A DNA stretch of 64,000 nucleotides from an uncultured virus (IMG/VR IMGVR_UViG_3300002231_000541). Taxonomy: Duplodnaviria > Heunggongvirae > Uroviricota > Caudoviricetes. Below are positions 51,518 through 64,000 of the stretch, piece after piece. The notes beneath the pieces are model-generated. The model was not told the DNA's origin. It was given only the letters and a program-made list of their open reading frames with translations, and searched no databases. The stretch's first letter is position 1. Each line of letters starts with the position of its first letter. The DNA lies in IMG/VR virus record IMGVR_UViG_3300002231_000541, positions 1-64,000 of that record. One strand, given 5' to 3'. The position numbers and the translations under genes were made by a program.

Positions 51518-54500
51518 GTATAAAGAAACTTTTTGATAAGAAAAATCCTTATAAAATATTATCTGCTGAAACCCTAGACAGCCTAGGTGCAATAGCAGAA
51601 TCATCAGGAAACGTTAATCAACGATTGGTCGAGAAGAATCGGTTTATCCCTATCGTCAATTTTGATTATCCCGAGAATTTTGCTCGCTATGGCAAAGCTT
51701 CTAAGTATTATGAAGATGCCATAAAGAGAATCTATGATGATTACCCTTATGATGGCTCTCTAAGTGAAAGAGCACAATATCGCAATGAATCATCTTATTT
51801 AGATCTTTACATTTTAGACCAAAAATATCCCCGTAGAACGGGCCATGCGATCTTTTCGCCTAATGGATGGGGAACAGTTGCTGCTTCTACTCCAATCGGC
51901 GCCACGGGCTATATAGGCCTCTCTAACAACCCGGAATATGTCCTAGTCAAAGGAGGTCCAAATCAGGCACCTGATAAATATCTGAATCAGCCACTTCACA
52001 CGCAGTTTGAAGAAGCAAATATCTATGACCCCGCGAAAAATAGACAATCTAATCTTAAATTTGATCTAAATGAGGGTATGACAGTAGAGTTTTGGATGAA
52101 CAAAACGCTACTCATGAATACGGGATCATTCCCAAGTGCCGGCACATCTATGGAAATTCCATTTATGATTTCGAATGAAAATTCTGGATCAATGGCCATT
52201 TTTATATCTACTGCGGACACCACCCCAACAGCCTCTCCTTTTAACATCTTACTCATTTCGGGATCTACACAGGCTTTCTCAAATATATCCAGCATTACAA
52301 ACGCTGATTATTTGAATACGGGATGGCATCACTTTGCTTTTGCTCTAAAAAATATCTCCGGTAGCACTAATCATCAAGTCGATGCATATTTAGATGGAAA
52401 ATTCAAGCAAAGCATCACCACCCCTGGTTTCTTCAATGAAGTGACCGGTGCCCTTCAGGCTACTCTAGGCGCCGGCAGAAAACTTACGTGGCCCGCAGGC
52501 GCTATTGATTTCCCGACAGACGGGTATGGCAAACTTTCGGGGTCGATCGATGAATTCCGTTACTGGAAGACTGCTCGCTCTGCTGCCCAAATTGGAAAAT
52601 ATTGGTTTACCCAATATGGCGGCGGAACAAATGAAGACTTGGCTAACACCGACTTGGGCGTATATTATAAGTTTAACGAAGGTATAGTTGGGAATGCCTC
52701 TATCGATTCTCAAGTGCTGGACTATTCCGGCCGCATCTCTAATGGCGCATGGACAGGCTATTCAGCTCAATCTCGTCTTACGTCCTCGGCCATTGACATT
52801 TATCTAGGTAAAAAGAGCGAGTTCACTGATCCTATCATTTACCCTACCCATCCCGCAGTGATGACTCTGAAAGAGAAGCTAATAGAATCGGGTAGTGCTT
52901 ATGATTTGACCAATAATGCTTCCATTTATAACTCTATTCCCTCGTGGATTACCGAAGAAGACGAACTAGGGAGCAAAGACCTTTCAAACCTAACCCAGAT
53001 AATGGGGAGCTACTTTGATACCCTCCAGCTCCAGTTAGAGTCTCTACCTAAATTAAAAGATAAGGTCTACAATGACCCCGCTCTTATAAAGCCTCCCACT
53101 TTTTCTAGCCGATTACTTGAATCTCAAGGCTTTGTCGCACCTGAAATCTTCGCAGACGCGGACGTTATGGCCCAGATTTTAAAGCGAGACGATGATCGCA
53201 AGTTCGAGCTAGACTTGTATGACATCAAAAATGTTATTTATCAAAATGTCTACAACAATCTTACGCGCATTTACAAGTCCAAAGGTACAGAAAAATCTTT
53301 TCGCAACCTAATTCGATGTTTTGGAGTCGACGAAGACCTCATTCGCCTCAATATCTATGGGAATAACGTAGAATATGAACTCCGAGACAACTACCGAACG
53401 ACCTCCGAAAAGAAAAAATATGCTGACTTTAATCACCCGGATCGCTTTTATGCCACAGTCTATCAGCAAAACAGCCAGTTCCAATCCCCAATTCTGTGTC
53501 TTACATTACTGGATCCTCGGATGGAATATATATTCCCTTTACGGTTGAGGCTGAAAGCGTCTTTCCTCGCAAGCTAGACAGAAATAACGTAGACTTTTTT
53601 CCCACTCCTTTCTTGAGTTCTTCCCTTTTCGGCTTCCACGGAGCCCCAAGCCCTACGGATTACACTTGGCCAAGCATCGGCTCGGATGCCAACCTGCAGG
53701 CTTACGCAGTGAGAGAGGAATTAGAATCTTCTAATGTCTATTTTAAGCTTGTCGACAGGGCAAATAGCATTAATATCACTACTCCTACTTACGAAAACGT
53801 CTATGATAATCAAAAATGGAACTTAGCTATTAGATTCCGCCCAGAAAAGGCCACTGTTAACCGCGTCAGTGGCTCTGGTGGCCCTTCAGCAACCTATATT
53901 GTGGAGTTTTATGGCGTTAACTCTGACGCTGGGATCATAAATAACGAATTCTTATTCACTGCCTCGGCTAATTCACCACTTTTGGCCGCTTCTAATAAAC
54001 GCCTTTATGTCGGAGCCCACCGTACTAACTTTACGGGCTCTACGTTGGAACAGTCAGACGCCAAAATCTCATCTTTGAGATATTGGGCCAGTTATCTTCC
54101 AGATAGTGCGATTAGAACCCACTCCCGCGACCCTTCTAACTTCGGAACGCCAGCCCCATATGAGAGTACCTACTTATATCCGCTAAGTATGAATGGTATT
54201 ACAGTCCCCCAGATCGAAACTTTAGCTTTAAACTGGGATTTTGCACTTGTTACTTCATCAGATGGCGGTATTTCGGGCGTCCCTACTGTATCTGACGCAG
54301 GATATCCGGTCAGCGACATTAGTTCGGGATCTGTAGCTCTAACTTCTCGCTATGGCTGGCTAGGTAAGGTTCTAGGCCCTCAACATACCGGTCGAGGAGA
54401 CTTCTATCTCCCAAGTGATAAGAAAGTAGTCGACACGCGCTTTGTATATAGTGGAAAACAGTAGGACCGGAAGTGATTCAATCTTCGGACATGATTAATG

Positions 54501-57500
54501 TCCTCGGGGAGTCGGATCTATACTTCGATAGGGAAAGCCGCCCGGTTAATTTCTATTATTCCATAGAAAGAGTATGTATCAGACCATTTCGGATGAAATG
54601 CTGAAAATGTTCTCTACAATCAAAGATTTTAGCAACCTAATCGGCGCTCCGGTGAACCGATATCGTCCCAACTATAAGGCGATGGAGAAATTACGCAGCT
54701 TATTCTTTGAAAGTGTGGAAAACACGCCAAATTTAGACAAATATGTGGAATTTTATAAATGGATTGACGGCTCCCTTAATACAATGCTTCAACAATTGGT
54801 ACCTATGTCTGCAGATGTCTCTGATGAGATCCGCACCATGGTCGAAAGCCACGTTCTAGAACGCAATAAATACCAATCTAAGTTTCCCACCCTAGAATTT
54901 ACCCCAACAGACCCTACAGCGGGCATTCAAGGCATCAATAAGCTCTTAATTAACTGGAAATTCGACCATCACCCTCTCAATAATCAGCAAAATACTCATT
55001 GTCGCTGGTGGAAAACCCCGCGCCAAACGAGATAACCCAGTGATATCATCTGGAAATACAATAGTGGACCAAGGCCGCCAAAAGATTCTGGACGTGACCC
55101 TTTCTGCACTTAATCGTCGCTATACTACACCTTTGCGTCTTGATGTAGAGCCCACTAAACTGATTCATGGCGGAAATAACGTTAAAAATACTAAGGGCGT
55201 AGATATCACACGCACCCAACTAAAATTTGGAACAACCCAGGGCATGCGAAGCGCAGGCTTAGCCGCTTCTCCGGATTGTTTAGACAAAATTGTACCTGAC
55301 GAAAAAGTTTACAAGATCTTTAAAGTGAAAAACAGTCCCGATGTAGAATATCTCAATACCTACGCCAAAATCGGGGTCCCCTGGACAATAATAAGCGCAT
55401 CGCTTCCGAACACGCTGGGCCCGGGGGTGGCAGTTGTGAACAATCATCGGGATATATATGGACCAGATGCTGAAGTCCCCATGCAGGGCCCGTTTACCGA
55501 TGCACACGTCGGTGGCCTCCCTTTCCGTCACGTACCCTTGAATCGCGGCACAGACAACTCCACTAATCGCATGGAGGGGTGGAATTACATCTATAGTAGC
55601 GCCGGCTTCGAATCTAGGACTCCTTCCCAACCTCGTGGTCCCTATTATCGCGACGAAACAGCAAAAAGACCAGTTAACATCCGGAACATCAAGGGAGATT
55701 ACGGTAACTACACGAAGGATCACCAAGTAGTCCAGTCCGCAGGCCGATTTATGAACAATAAAGCATGGGTTTCCGCCTCTGGGTGGGACTTAGAGCCAGT
55801 CGGCACCCCGTCATATTGGGTTGCAGGTCTTATGGATACTCCTAAAATCCAACGAGGGCGCCACGAGTCCATCATGGTAAGTCGATTTAATGCTCCCGGA
55901 GGCCCAGATACAATGGGTGATTCCAATGGTGGAGCAGGCCTCGACCGTTTATCGGCAGAATACTCCTTTAATAATGACCTTAACAGTAGGAACTGGAACG
56001 TAAGGTCGGCTTATTACCCATTTTTGACATCTCATGTCAATCAATTTGGCTATTTTTCCAACTTTGGCCACNTCATTGACGCCGGATCCTCTTCGGTTAA
56101 CCCCATTAACTACGCTGGTACAGGATCCATCTATCAGGTGAATAGGAATACCTTGAGGCGCCTCGAATTGAGCGGTACCACAACCATAACGGGTTCCCAA
56201 AGGGATAATTTCTGGGTCCAGCATGCGATCCCTCGCAGCGACCTTCAATATTCATGGGTAAACGCCTCCTATGAGTCAGCAGACCCCTCTGGCTTTGGTT
56301 ATTGGTACTCTAATCTATTCAATTACGTGGCGAGGAGAGAGCACAGTCTTTAGCGAGACCTTTTCTTCCACCCTGGATGCTGCTAGGTGGACCCAATATG
56401 GCGTATCGATGAAAAGCTCATCCGCCGGCAACAACTGGATCGCCCGATTTGGTAACTGGGCCACATCAGAATCCAATGCAACGCCTCGCCACCTAACTTC
56501 GGTAGATTCGTTTAAGTTACCTTTTCGGGTAGAATATTCCTACGCCCAGGGACAGTATGAAAATANGGATAGCAAGACTTATGTAGAAGTTTAATGGAGG
56601 ACAAGTTCTAAGTGGGTCTGCTCAAACGCAGTTTAGTTCGTCGAAATGGAAAATATACGATGGCCCTTTGGGTCAAAGCTAACACTGGTATCCCCACACG
56701 CCAGCACTTGATAAGCTGCAATGGAGTGGCTCCCAACTATTTCTCCGAGCTACAACTCTACCTAAATGGCGCAAATCATATCGGCTTCCGCCGAGACTAT
56801 AGCGGCACTAATGCTGATTTTCGCACCGACTTTAATTACCCCGGATACGGCTGGTTCCATATTGCCGTGTCGTATGATGAAAAAACACCCACCACCCCCG
56901 CCACACTCTATGTAAATGGGGAACAGGCTCCCCCATCTTACGTGGTGACGGGCACCGGAACTCCTGTCAGTGTCAAATCATTCACCCTGGGCGGCCGAGA
57001 CCCTAATACAGCAGGTTTCCCAACTCAGAATGCGGAGTGCTCCATGGATAGTGTCCTGTGGATCAATCGTGTGCTTACAGAAGAGGAAATCAAAGACTTA
57101 TATAACGAGGGAAGTCCAGGCTACGTGAATCAGCTTTCGTGGTTCCCTGTGGTGACGGCCTCCAGTCAGGTACATTATTACCAGTGCGGCGAGGCTAACA
57201 AAGATTACATCGCCTATGGCAGTGAAAGTATGTACGACTGGGGGAATTTCGGATCCAACAGGGAAAATTTAATCCCTGTCGGCGCCGCCGGATTGATCTT
57301 TAAAGAATATGAAGGCTACATGTTGGGGTATCCATCGGATGCGGACGAATCGATTTCGTTAGAATTTAGTTCTGATGGGGGCACAACCTGGCAAACGGCC
57401 TCTGTCACGCAGCGCGCCACTGACAAAGAAGGTCAGGATATCGGCTTTGCGGGTAGTACATACACATTTAGGGCAACTGGTTCTGCGGGAACTGGGCAGA

Positions 57501-60500
57501 TTCGCTTTAGACAAGTAAACTACAGCAATTCCAAAAAAGACAACTGGGGATTCGATAATATAAAGATCATTAAAACTAATGTCGTGGAACCCGTCAAGTT
57601 CTCTCCTTATGGTGACTTTTCGTCTAGGTATTATACTTTAGGTCCCAATTTAAAGTACGGCAACCCTAATGAATTAATCGCAACGAGTGCGAATTTAGAA
57701 GTCTTCGTACCTACCGTGTATGTTGACTTAAACTACAATGTTTATGAGCCTGTAGATGTGCAGCAAAGATCGTATGGCTATCCCCTCCCTGCACAGGTCA
57801 GTGAATCTTTGCGTGCTAATTATCAGCCAGATGAGTACTTGAATAGCACTCTTGTTCCCGATGGATTCGCCAATAACGGAGGAACTCAATATTTAAGTAA
57901 AGCTACTCTCCTGAACTCTATTCTCATTAAGCGAAACGGACCTTACGGCTATCCTACATGGAAACAAATCCGTACCGGGGATCACGCCATCGCTCGAAGC
58001 ATGCGCAAAAACAACCTTATTGGCTGCACAGAGATGCCCGGAAAGCGAACGGAACTAAATGGCCAACAATATATTGAAAAATATGGCAAAACTACACTTT
58101 GTAAAGAACGTCCTGTCAATTCTAGCTATTCTACTTTGGATTACTTACTGGGCTTGAGAGTTCAAGCAGAACAGGAAGGTCGAAATCCAGAGTTCATCAT
58201 TCGCCCTGTTCACCTTAAAACGACCTATGGAAACAATCTTAGCTATTTCACTAGCGAAAAGCTAAATATTTGCGCAGATTATGACAAAACAAGTGTATCA
58301 TCTGAAGAACAAGCCTATGATACCATTAAGGCCCTGTATCTAGATGGGGCCCTCAATGATCCGAGCAGCCCAGTTTATAATTTAGTGAGCCTAAAGTATG
58401 CGGAAAAAGTATACCCGGCAGCTATCAACTCTTATTCGGGAGTAAATAGGGAGCGACCCGACTACCTAGAAACATTCTGGAAAACATATCGCTCACCGCG
58501 TAATACTCTGGGGGCCCAAAAGTTTGGAGGATTCAACTCCCAAGGCCTAATCAGATCGCAGAGCTGCTGGGCACTTGATGCATGTACTCAATTTGGACAA
58601 CCAGGTCCTACCTCCGCCGCAGAAATGGAAGCGGGCGTAGGTTTGGGGTCTCACTATGCTGTTAACTATGCTTCAGGGTCTTCAGGCGAGCTTCAGAACG
58701 ATTATACATTCTTTTGGACCCGAAGCTTGCTCTCAAATACAGGAAATGATTCCGGGTCGCTAAAGCCGTCGCCTATTTATAACAGAAAACAGGGTTTTTC
58801 TAGTCTGTATTCCGTAGTCGGTTGCTCTGGCATGCAAACCATGAATACCTATGCGACCAGTACGGTATATCTCACTCCTTACGAATACAGTGCTTCTGCT
58901 TTTACGGCGATTTTGGTTTTCCAATATCCGGAAGGCGCCCTTCAGACTATGGGAGGCAATGCGAAATGGGAAGCTGGAAAATTTGCTGGAAAAGTAAAAA
59001 ATAATAAATTTATCTCTGGATCATCGGCACCATTTCAAAATGACTATGCTGCATATAACGCCGAAATGGTTCTCAAAAATAAGGAAATGTCAATTGTTCC
59101 CGAATTTAGAATCAGCGAACATATGCCTTACTACTTTAATGAAAAGGGTGCGGATTTTCTAGCTGATAATACTGCCTCCTTTACTATTCCTGGTACCTCG
59201 CTAAAAGGCGGCCTCGATGATTTTTATACCACGTATTCTTACAGTGATTTTATGAAGTTCTTTGAAGTGATAGATGATGACCATGCTGAATTGGATGATC
59301 TAGAAAAAACTCTCACTCTTAAGTGCTCTGCTTTAAAGAAATTTTTACCCTACGACGGGTTTTATCCAGCTGAACGAACGCTGGAAATGACAGCTTTATT
59401 TTCAAGCTCATACTCTCATTACATCACCGCATCTGGCGACCCGACCCTTACATCGGGGCCTGGAAAAGTTAGACCACTCTATGCTACTCTTTTCTCGCCT
59501 GGAGTACTTTATAATACCATTAAGTCGGGTATCGCAGTCGACTATCCTGCTTATACTGGATCGTTCCAGAGAATACAAGTGATGTATTCTCCCACTTCAG
59601 GCTCGTCGACTTATAGATATACTCCCTATGTGATGTTAGGGGCCGGATCTCGCGGTATTTATGGCTGGGATACTCGGGTAACTTTTGAAAACCTGCTCGA
59701 ACCAGAACAACTCAATGATCGGACTTTTGTTGATATGGCAGCCAACGCGAACGCCGCCATCGCATCTTCTGCCGCGCCATACACGAGCAATCTCACTTCG
59801 TCTCTGCGCGCCCCTGCACAACAAAACTTATACAAAATGGCGATGAATAACTTTACCGCTGAAACAGCGGACTTTTTCTTGCGCAATGGGCTCACAACTA
59901 TTCGGTCCGATGTTAGTGATGTTGGTTATACCTTTCAGTCAGGAACTTATTCAATGCGGTTTAAGATGTATCGAAGCATGAACCGCGAAAGAAAATCTCC
60001 AAAAGCTTTCCCAATCGCCGTAGACTGGTATCAAGATTCGGGATCTCACGAGACAATCACTATGTACAGTCGGCCCACTGCTTTCGGTCCTCCCGTAGCC
60101 GGCTCCGATAGAATATATTCACCCGCCGCCATGACATCTTCAGAGGGAGGCGGCTGGCGCCAGCAAAATTCCGATAGTCTTTATGGAAAAAACCCTTCTT
60201 TTACTCCACCTTACTTATGATGGGGAATCGTGGTGTGATATTATCCTTGATGTCCCTCAAGCAAGAGTGATGACTTTGGACGACGTTTTTGTAAGTGCCA
60301 GCGTATGGCAGAACAGAATCCCCAAGGTAAAGGAGGCGTGGCCCAATAATCCGACTAGATTTGTAGCTAGTGGTGCGTGCCCTATGAATCGCAGATGGGC
60401 AAATAATTTTGCAATGCAAATAACTGCATCTATGAATATATTTCGTAAAGAATTTACGCAGGCAAAAACGTCCCAATCAGATAAGTCAGCCAGGTGGGTA

Positions 60501-61715
60501 ATCCAACCCAAATTTGAGACACCTATTTTGAACTTTGGAGATAAGACAGTGCGTCCTTTATCTCTCCAAAATATTACCCTTCCATCCACTGGAACAGCCC
60601 CTTATTATATATTCAACCAATCCACACATCCGAAGATTACTGGATCTGCATATTATGGATATGGTGGTCAAACTTCTACCCCTATTGGGATGTGGCACCA
60701 GTTTGGACTCATTCCACAAAAAGAAGAAGGCATTTATATTACTCTCGACGATGTTCCTGATGTTTGGTTACAAAATGTGGCTAATCCATCTAACGCATCA
60801 GACGGCAGATATCCGACGTCTGTTACTTCCAATAGAGAGCTTTATTCCTTGGCAGATGCCGTGGGATTCAGAAAAGGAACCGTCCGAAAACTTGGGCGTT
60901 TAGCCGAATCAAAAACTGTTTCGGAAGGTGTTGTAGCTGTTCCTTATATAATCAAAAACGGAGAAAGAAAATTCTTCCAAATTGATAGAGGTATGATCCA
61001 ATATTCGGAAGAGAAAATTGCAAACGCCCAACAAATGAGTTCCACATCGATAGAAGCGGGTGACTCTATCGTCGACATGGTAAGAAAGATGAAGAAGTTT
61101 ATTATACCTCCTCAACTGGATTTTGTAAAAAATACTTCCGTAACTCCGTTTGCGATGTATATCTTTGAATTTACACATACGTTTAATCAAGACGATCTCT
61201 CTTATATGTGGCAAAACTTAATGCCTAAAACGGGCACCAAATTTGAAGAAGCAACTGCGAAGATTTCTCATAAAATCATGGATAATGAACTTTTAGAGAA
61301 ATTTAAAGACCGCATCCGCTGGATGGTGTTCAAGGTAAAGCAGAGAGGCAACAATAACTATCAAAGTATCTTAGCCGGCGGAAACACAGACCAGAAACAA
61401 CAGCTAGACTACAGCTATAACTGGCCGTATGATTACTTCTCTTTAATAGAATTTGTACAGATGAATTCCCAAATCGAATATTCTACCGATAAGGCAATCG
61501 ACATCAACGAGTCTTTCGCAGATGTCAGCACCTCGATGCAAAAAGGTCTTCGCGCCACAAAAGAACTCACTCCTTCCGTGGAGTCAAATAGAGAAGCCAC
61601 CGCGCGCCTATCTCAAACTGAACAGACGAACCGCAAGAAGGAAATAAAATCTGACAACCGTAAACGCAGAAAAAATCAAGGCGCCTTTAAAACGAAGAAG
61701 GGAGATGAGTCATGA
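51514..61715 (+). CDS. giant (~3400 aa) virion protein with LamG and reelin/BNR-like domains, split by indels
   Basis: Seven ORF fragments join across small shifts (e.g. SGK-VGPEVIQ, WWKT-RAKRDNPV, PPY-YDGESW); LamG motifs WHHFAF..YLDG..IDEFRYW; KSKGT..FR.LI.CFG wedge-like motif. Confidence 0.7.
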
Positions 61716-62824
61716 AGTTTTTTGATGATAAAGAAGAAGTAATTGATATTCAACTAACCCAATTCGGGAAGCATTTACTTTCCCTGGGCAAGTGGAAGCC
61801 TGCATATTATGCATTCTTTGACGATAATGTGATGTACGATGCAGAATCAGCAGGCATCACTGAAGCACAAAATAAGATTGAACCACGCATTCAAGAGAAT
61901 ACTCCGCAACTTCACACGCAGCATGTATTTACAGGCCGCGAAACCGACTTTTTAAAAATAATAGGCACCAAAGACGACCCCTTTATGAGAGAGGAGGATA
62001 AAATCAATGTCCAATCCACTCCGGAAAAAGATTATTCTCTGGTCTCTCCTTTGGGAAATTCTGCATACGGATCCCAAACCGCGCCACGCTGGTCGGTCAA
62101 AGTATTGCAAGGAAAGATTACGAACACTGAAGGATTCCTTACTGGTTCTTATCGCACTCTAAAGATCCCTCAATTAGAGATGGACTTAACATACACGCTC
62201 CACCCTCAAGACATTATGGATTATCCAGGCCGCGAATCTTTTGGTCAAATCGATGCGGAAGATTTAGCCCTAGGAGTGTTTCCAGATGGAACTTTTTTTG
62301 AAGTCCAAGAGGGAACAATTTTGCTGGATCTAGATGAGTTGAATGTGCCCTTCGATGTGGAAAACTTTGATATTGAAGTGTTTGAGATGGAAGAAGGCAC
62401 ACTCCCCGGGAAGTCCAACCCCACTGTACAGAATTTGAATCAGCTTTATTTTGAAAAGAGAAGTCCTCAAATTGTTAATAATATTTTAGTATCAGATACT
62501 CCGGATAAGACAATCATCCCTAAAGATTCAAGCTATGTGGGGTACTATTTTGACGTTTATGTGGATGATGAGATCGACCCCGCAGTGATGGCCACATCAG
62601 TGGACGAGCTTCGCTCCAAAGGTATCTATGTGGATAGTGCATATCACCGACCTCAAATACCCATTGTGGCCACCGCAGCAGACCTCTATAGGGATCTTAC
62701 TGACAGTACGTTGGTCGTTTGCGCTGACGATAATGCCCAAAAGCCCCCAAAGGCATCCATTGTATCCAAGAGCGGCCCATTCATTGCCGCAAAAAAACCG
62801 TTTGACTCTAGTGATGAAAAATAG
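61712..62824 (+). CDS. putative virion structural protein
   Basis: 370 aa; EEVIDIQLT..GK..L..G...YYAFFDD..YD N-terminus; structural gene context. Confidence 0.65.
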   Translation: MKFFDDKEEVIDIQLTQFGKHLLSLGKWKPAYYAFFDDNVMYDAESAGITEAQNKIEPRIQENTPQLHTQHVFTGRETDFLKIIGTKDDPFMREEDKINVQSTPEKDYSLVSPLGNSAYGSQTAPRWSVKVLQGKITNTEGFLTGSYRTLKIPQLEMDLTYTLHPQDIMDYPGRESFGQIDAEDLALGVFPDGTFFEVQEGTILLDLDELNVPFDVENFDIEVFEMEEGTLPGKSNPTVQNLNQLYFEKRSPQIVNNILVSDTPDKTIIPKDSSYVGYYFDVYVDDEIDPAVMATSVDELRSKGIYVDSAYHRPQIPIVATAADLYRDLTDSTLVVCADDNAQKPPKASIVSKSGPFIAAKKPFDSSDEK

Positions 62825-62831
62825 TTAACAA

Positions 62832-62839
62832 CTATTTAT
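62832..62839 (+). promoter_or_regulatory. putative phage late-promoter motif CTATTTAT
   Basis: Upstream of the RBS and ATG 62857. Confidence 0.5.
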
Positions 62840-62856
62840 AAAGAAGGAAAATATAA

Positions 62857-64000
62857 ATGCCTCAAAATGTTGATACAAAGTCTCTTACTAATACAGTCTT
62901 GCCGACAATTTATTTTTCCGAGATCTCATTGCGTGAGGGAAAACTTACCAAGTATAAGCCTAAAAAGCAACAACGAAACAAGAAAGATCGCCTGAATATA
63001 AAGCGCAAGTCCAAGAGAGTCTCTAAAGAAAAGACAGCACGCGTCCGAGGCCGCGCCCCCAACACGATGCAAGGGTTGAATGTAACGTTGTCGCTGGTAG
63101 TGAAAGACGTCATTGAAAAAGATGCTATAAGTACATGGATGGCCAATAGTGAATTTACTAAGTTTCTCTATATTAAGGTGGTCCAAAGCACGAACAAAAG
63201 AATAACTTCGGCCCTCCAAAAGGGGCGCCTCGATATTTTAAAGTTAGAAAAAAACAAACAACACTGCAAAATTATTACTTTGCCCGTGCAAAAAAACGAC
63301 TTTGATCTTAAAGATTATACGAGAATACATTCATCGTCGGGGGAGCGAGTTTATGAAATCCCTTATGAAACAGAAATCCTAATCAAAGACTCCGAGCCTC
63401 GTCATTTAGCGTATTTTGCCTATGCATTTCTAGATATTAATGCCCTTGCTGCCGAATATGGCATGAAATTCAATAGACAACAAAACTTCAAGGGAACTGT
63501 GACCGAAGAGGTGGTAATCCAGCGTAATAAAGTCAATACTACTGCTTATATTTTCTACGTCAAAGAAACAAATCAAATTTGGCTTGGCGGAGTCCACAAG
63601 AAGGGTAATAAGTGGTATACTGGAAACTCACAAGTTAAATTTCCTAAAGAGTTAAGGCGAGAAAAAGTATCAAACCACAAAGTAAAAGACTTCAGACAAA
63701 TCGCTAAATTGGACGCCAATGTTTTAAAGATGAAACCGGCCCTCCGAGCTTATCAAAAATACGAAAAGCCCCAACTCAACAGAGACCAGATAAGAACAGA
63801 CGCTCCTGATTCCTACATTTCCCAGGGAATGATTTCTCCCAAACCCTCTGGTGCAGCCACTTTTCTATTTCATGTTGATTTTAGAAAATTAGTAAGAGAA
63901 CAAAGCGCCTTTGGTGGAATTATTGATTCTTCGACAAACCCCAGGGCCATAGAAGAAATATACCTTCTATCGCGGATTACTTCTCTTAAAATCTTGCGAC
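62857..64000 (+). CDS. large hypothetical protein, runs off the window end
   Basis: MPQNVDTKSLTNTVLPTIYFSEISL..., apparently open to the window end; AAGG RBS. Confidence 0.75.
   Translation, partial: MPQNVDTKSLTNTVLPTIYFSEISLREGKLTKYKPKKQQRNKKDRLNIKRKSKRVSKEKTARVRGRAPNTMQGLNVTLSLVVKDVIEKDAISTWMANSEFTKFLYIKVVQSTNKRITSALQKGRLDILKLEKNKQHCKIITLPVQKNDFDLKDYTRIHSSSGERVYEIPYETEILIKDSEPRHLAYFAYAFLDINALAAEYGMKFNRQQNFKGTVTEEVVIQRNKVNTTAYIFYVKETNQIWLGGVHKKGNKWYTGNSQVKFPKELRREKVSNHKVKDFRQIAKLDANVLKMKPALRAYQKYEKPQLNRDQIRTDAPDSYISQGMISPKPSGAATFLFHVDFRKLVREQSAFGGIIDSSTNPRAIEEIYLLSRITSLKILR

Noticed and set aside
54440..54500. TAG read-through or alternative genetic code
   Set aside because: Coding continues in a different frame rather than in-frame after TAG, and TAG, TAA and TGA all terminate intact genes elsewhere
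601..61715. Numerous frameshifts as pseudogenes or programmed frameshifting
   Set aside because: They hit essential genes (gp6-like baseplate, giant structural genes) as often as accessory ones, many lie in or near homopolymers, and N bases are present; sequencing or assembly error is the simplest explanation
2403..63219. The many minus-strand and nested ORFs of 60-150 aa in the track
   Set aside because: They lie opposite or inside well-supported plus-strand genes and show no motifs, RBS or promoters

Overview
A 64-kb, almost entirely plus-strand fragment of a large (jumbo-type) tailed phage with a contractile-tail-style baseplate. It has four parts. (1) 1-27.5 kb: small accessory and auxiliary genes (GGCT, CYTH, ferritin-like, DUF2827-like, amidoligase, HPPD/VOC, thioredoxin-like, YkuK RNase H-like, metallophosphoesterase, fatty-acid hydroxylase, ClpP-like, PIN-PhoH, Cas4-like nuclease), two tRNAs (Ala-TGC, Arg-TCT), a LamG/PKD fibre-like protein, and a ligase-like + HIGH-nucleotidyltransferase fusion. 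(2) 27.6-38.5 kb: a glycosylation island with GT4 glycosyltransferases, two Maf/DUF115-like domains and a pseudaminic/nonulosonic-acid-type pathway (PseB, PseC, PseH-like, PseI/NeuB, PseF/NeuA) plus two methyltransferases and a 2OG-Fe dioxygenase. (3) A putative phage sigma factor. (4) 40-64 kb: baseplate and virion genes (M15 peptidase fusion, spike-like, gp25-like, gp6-like, and a ~3400-aa LamG/reelin-like protein). Two promoter classes are visible: near-consensus sigma70 promoters and a recurrent CTA(A/T/C)TTAT motif that is probably a late promoter. The sequence contains N bases and many small indels that split genes, so most frameshifts are treated as sequencing errors and the fragments are merged. 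All family assignments come from motifs read by eye; no database search was run.
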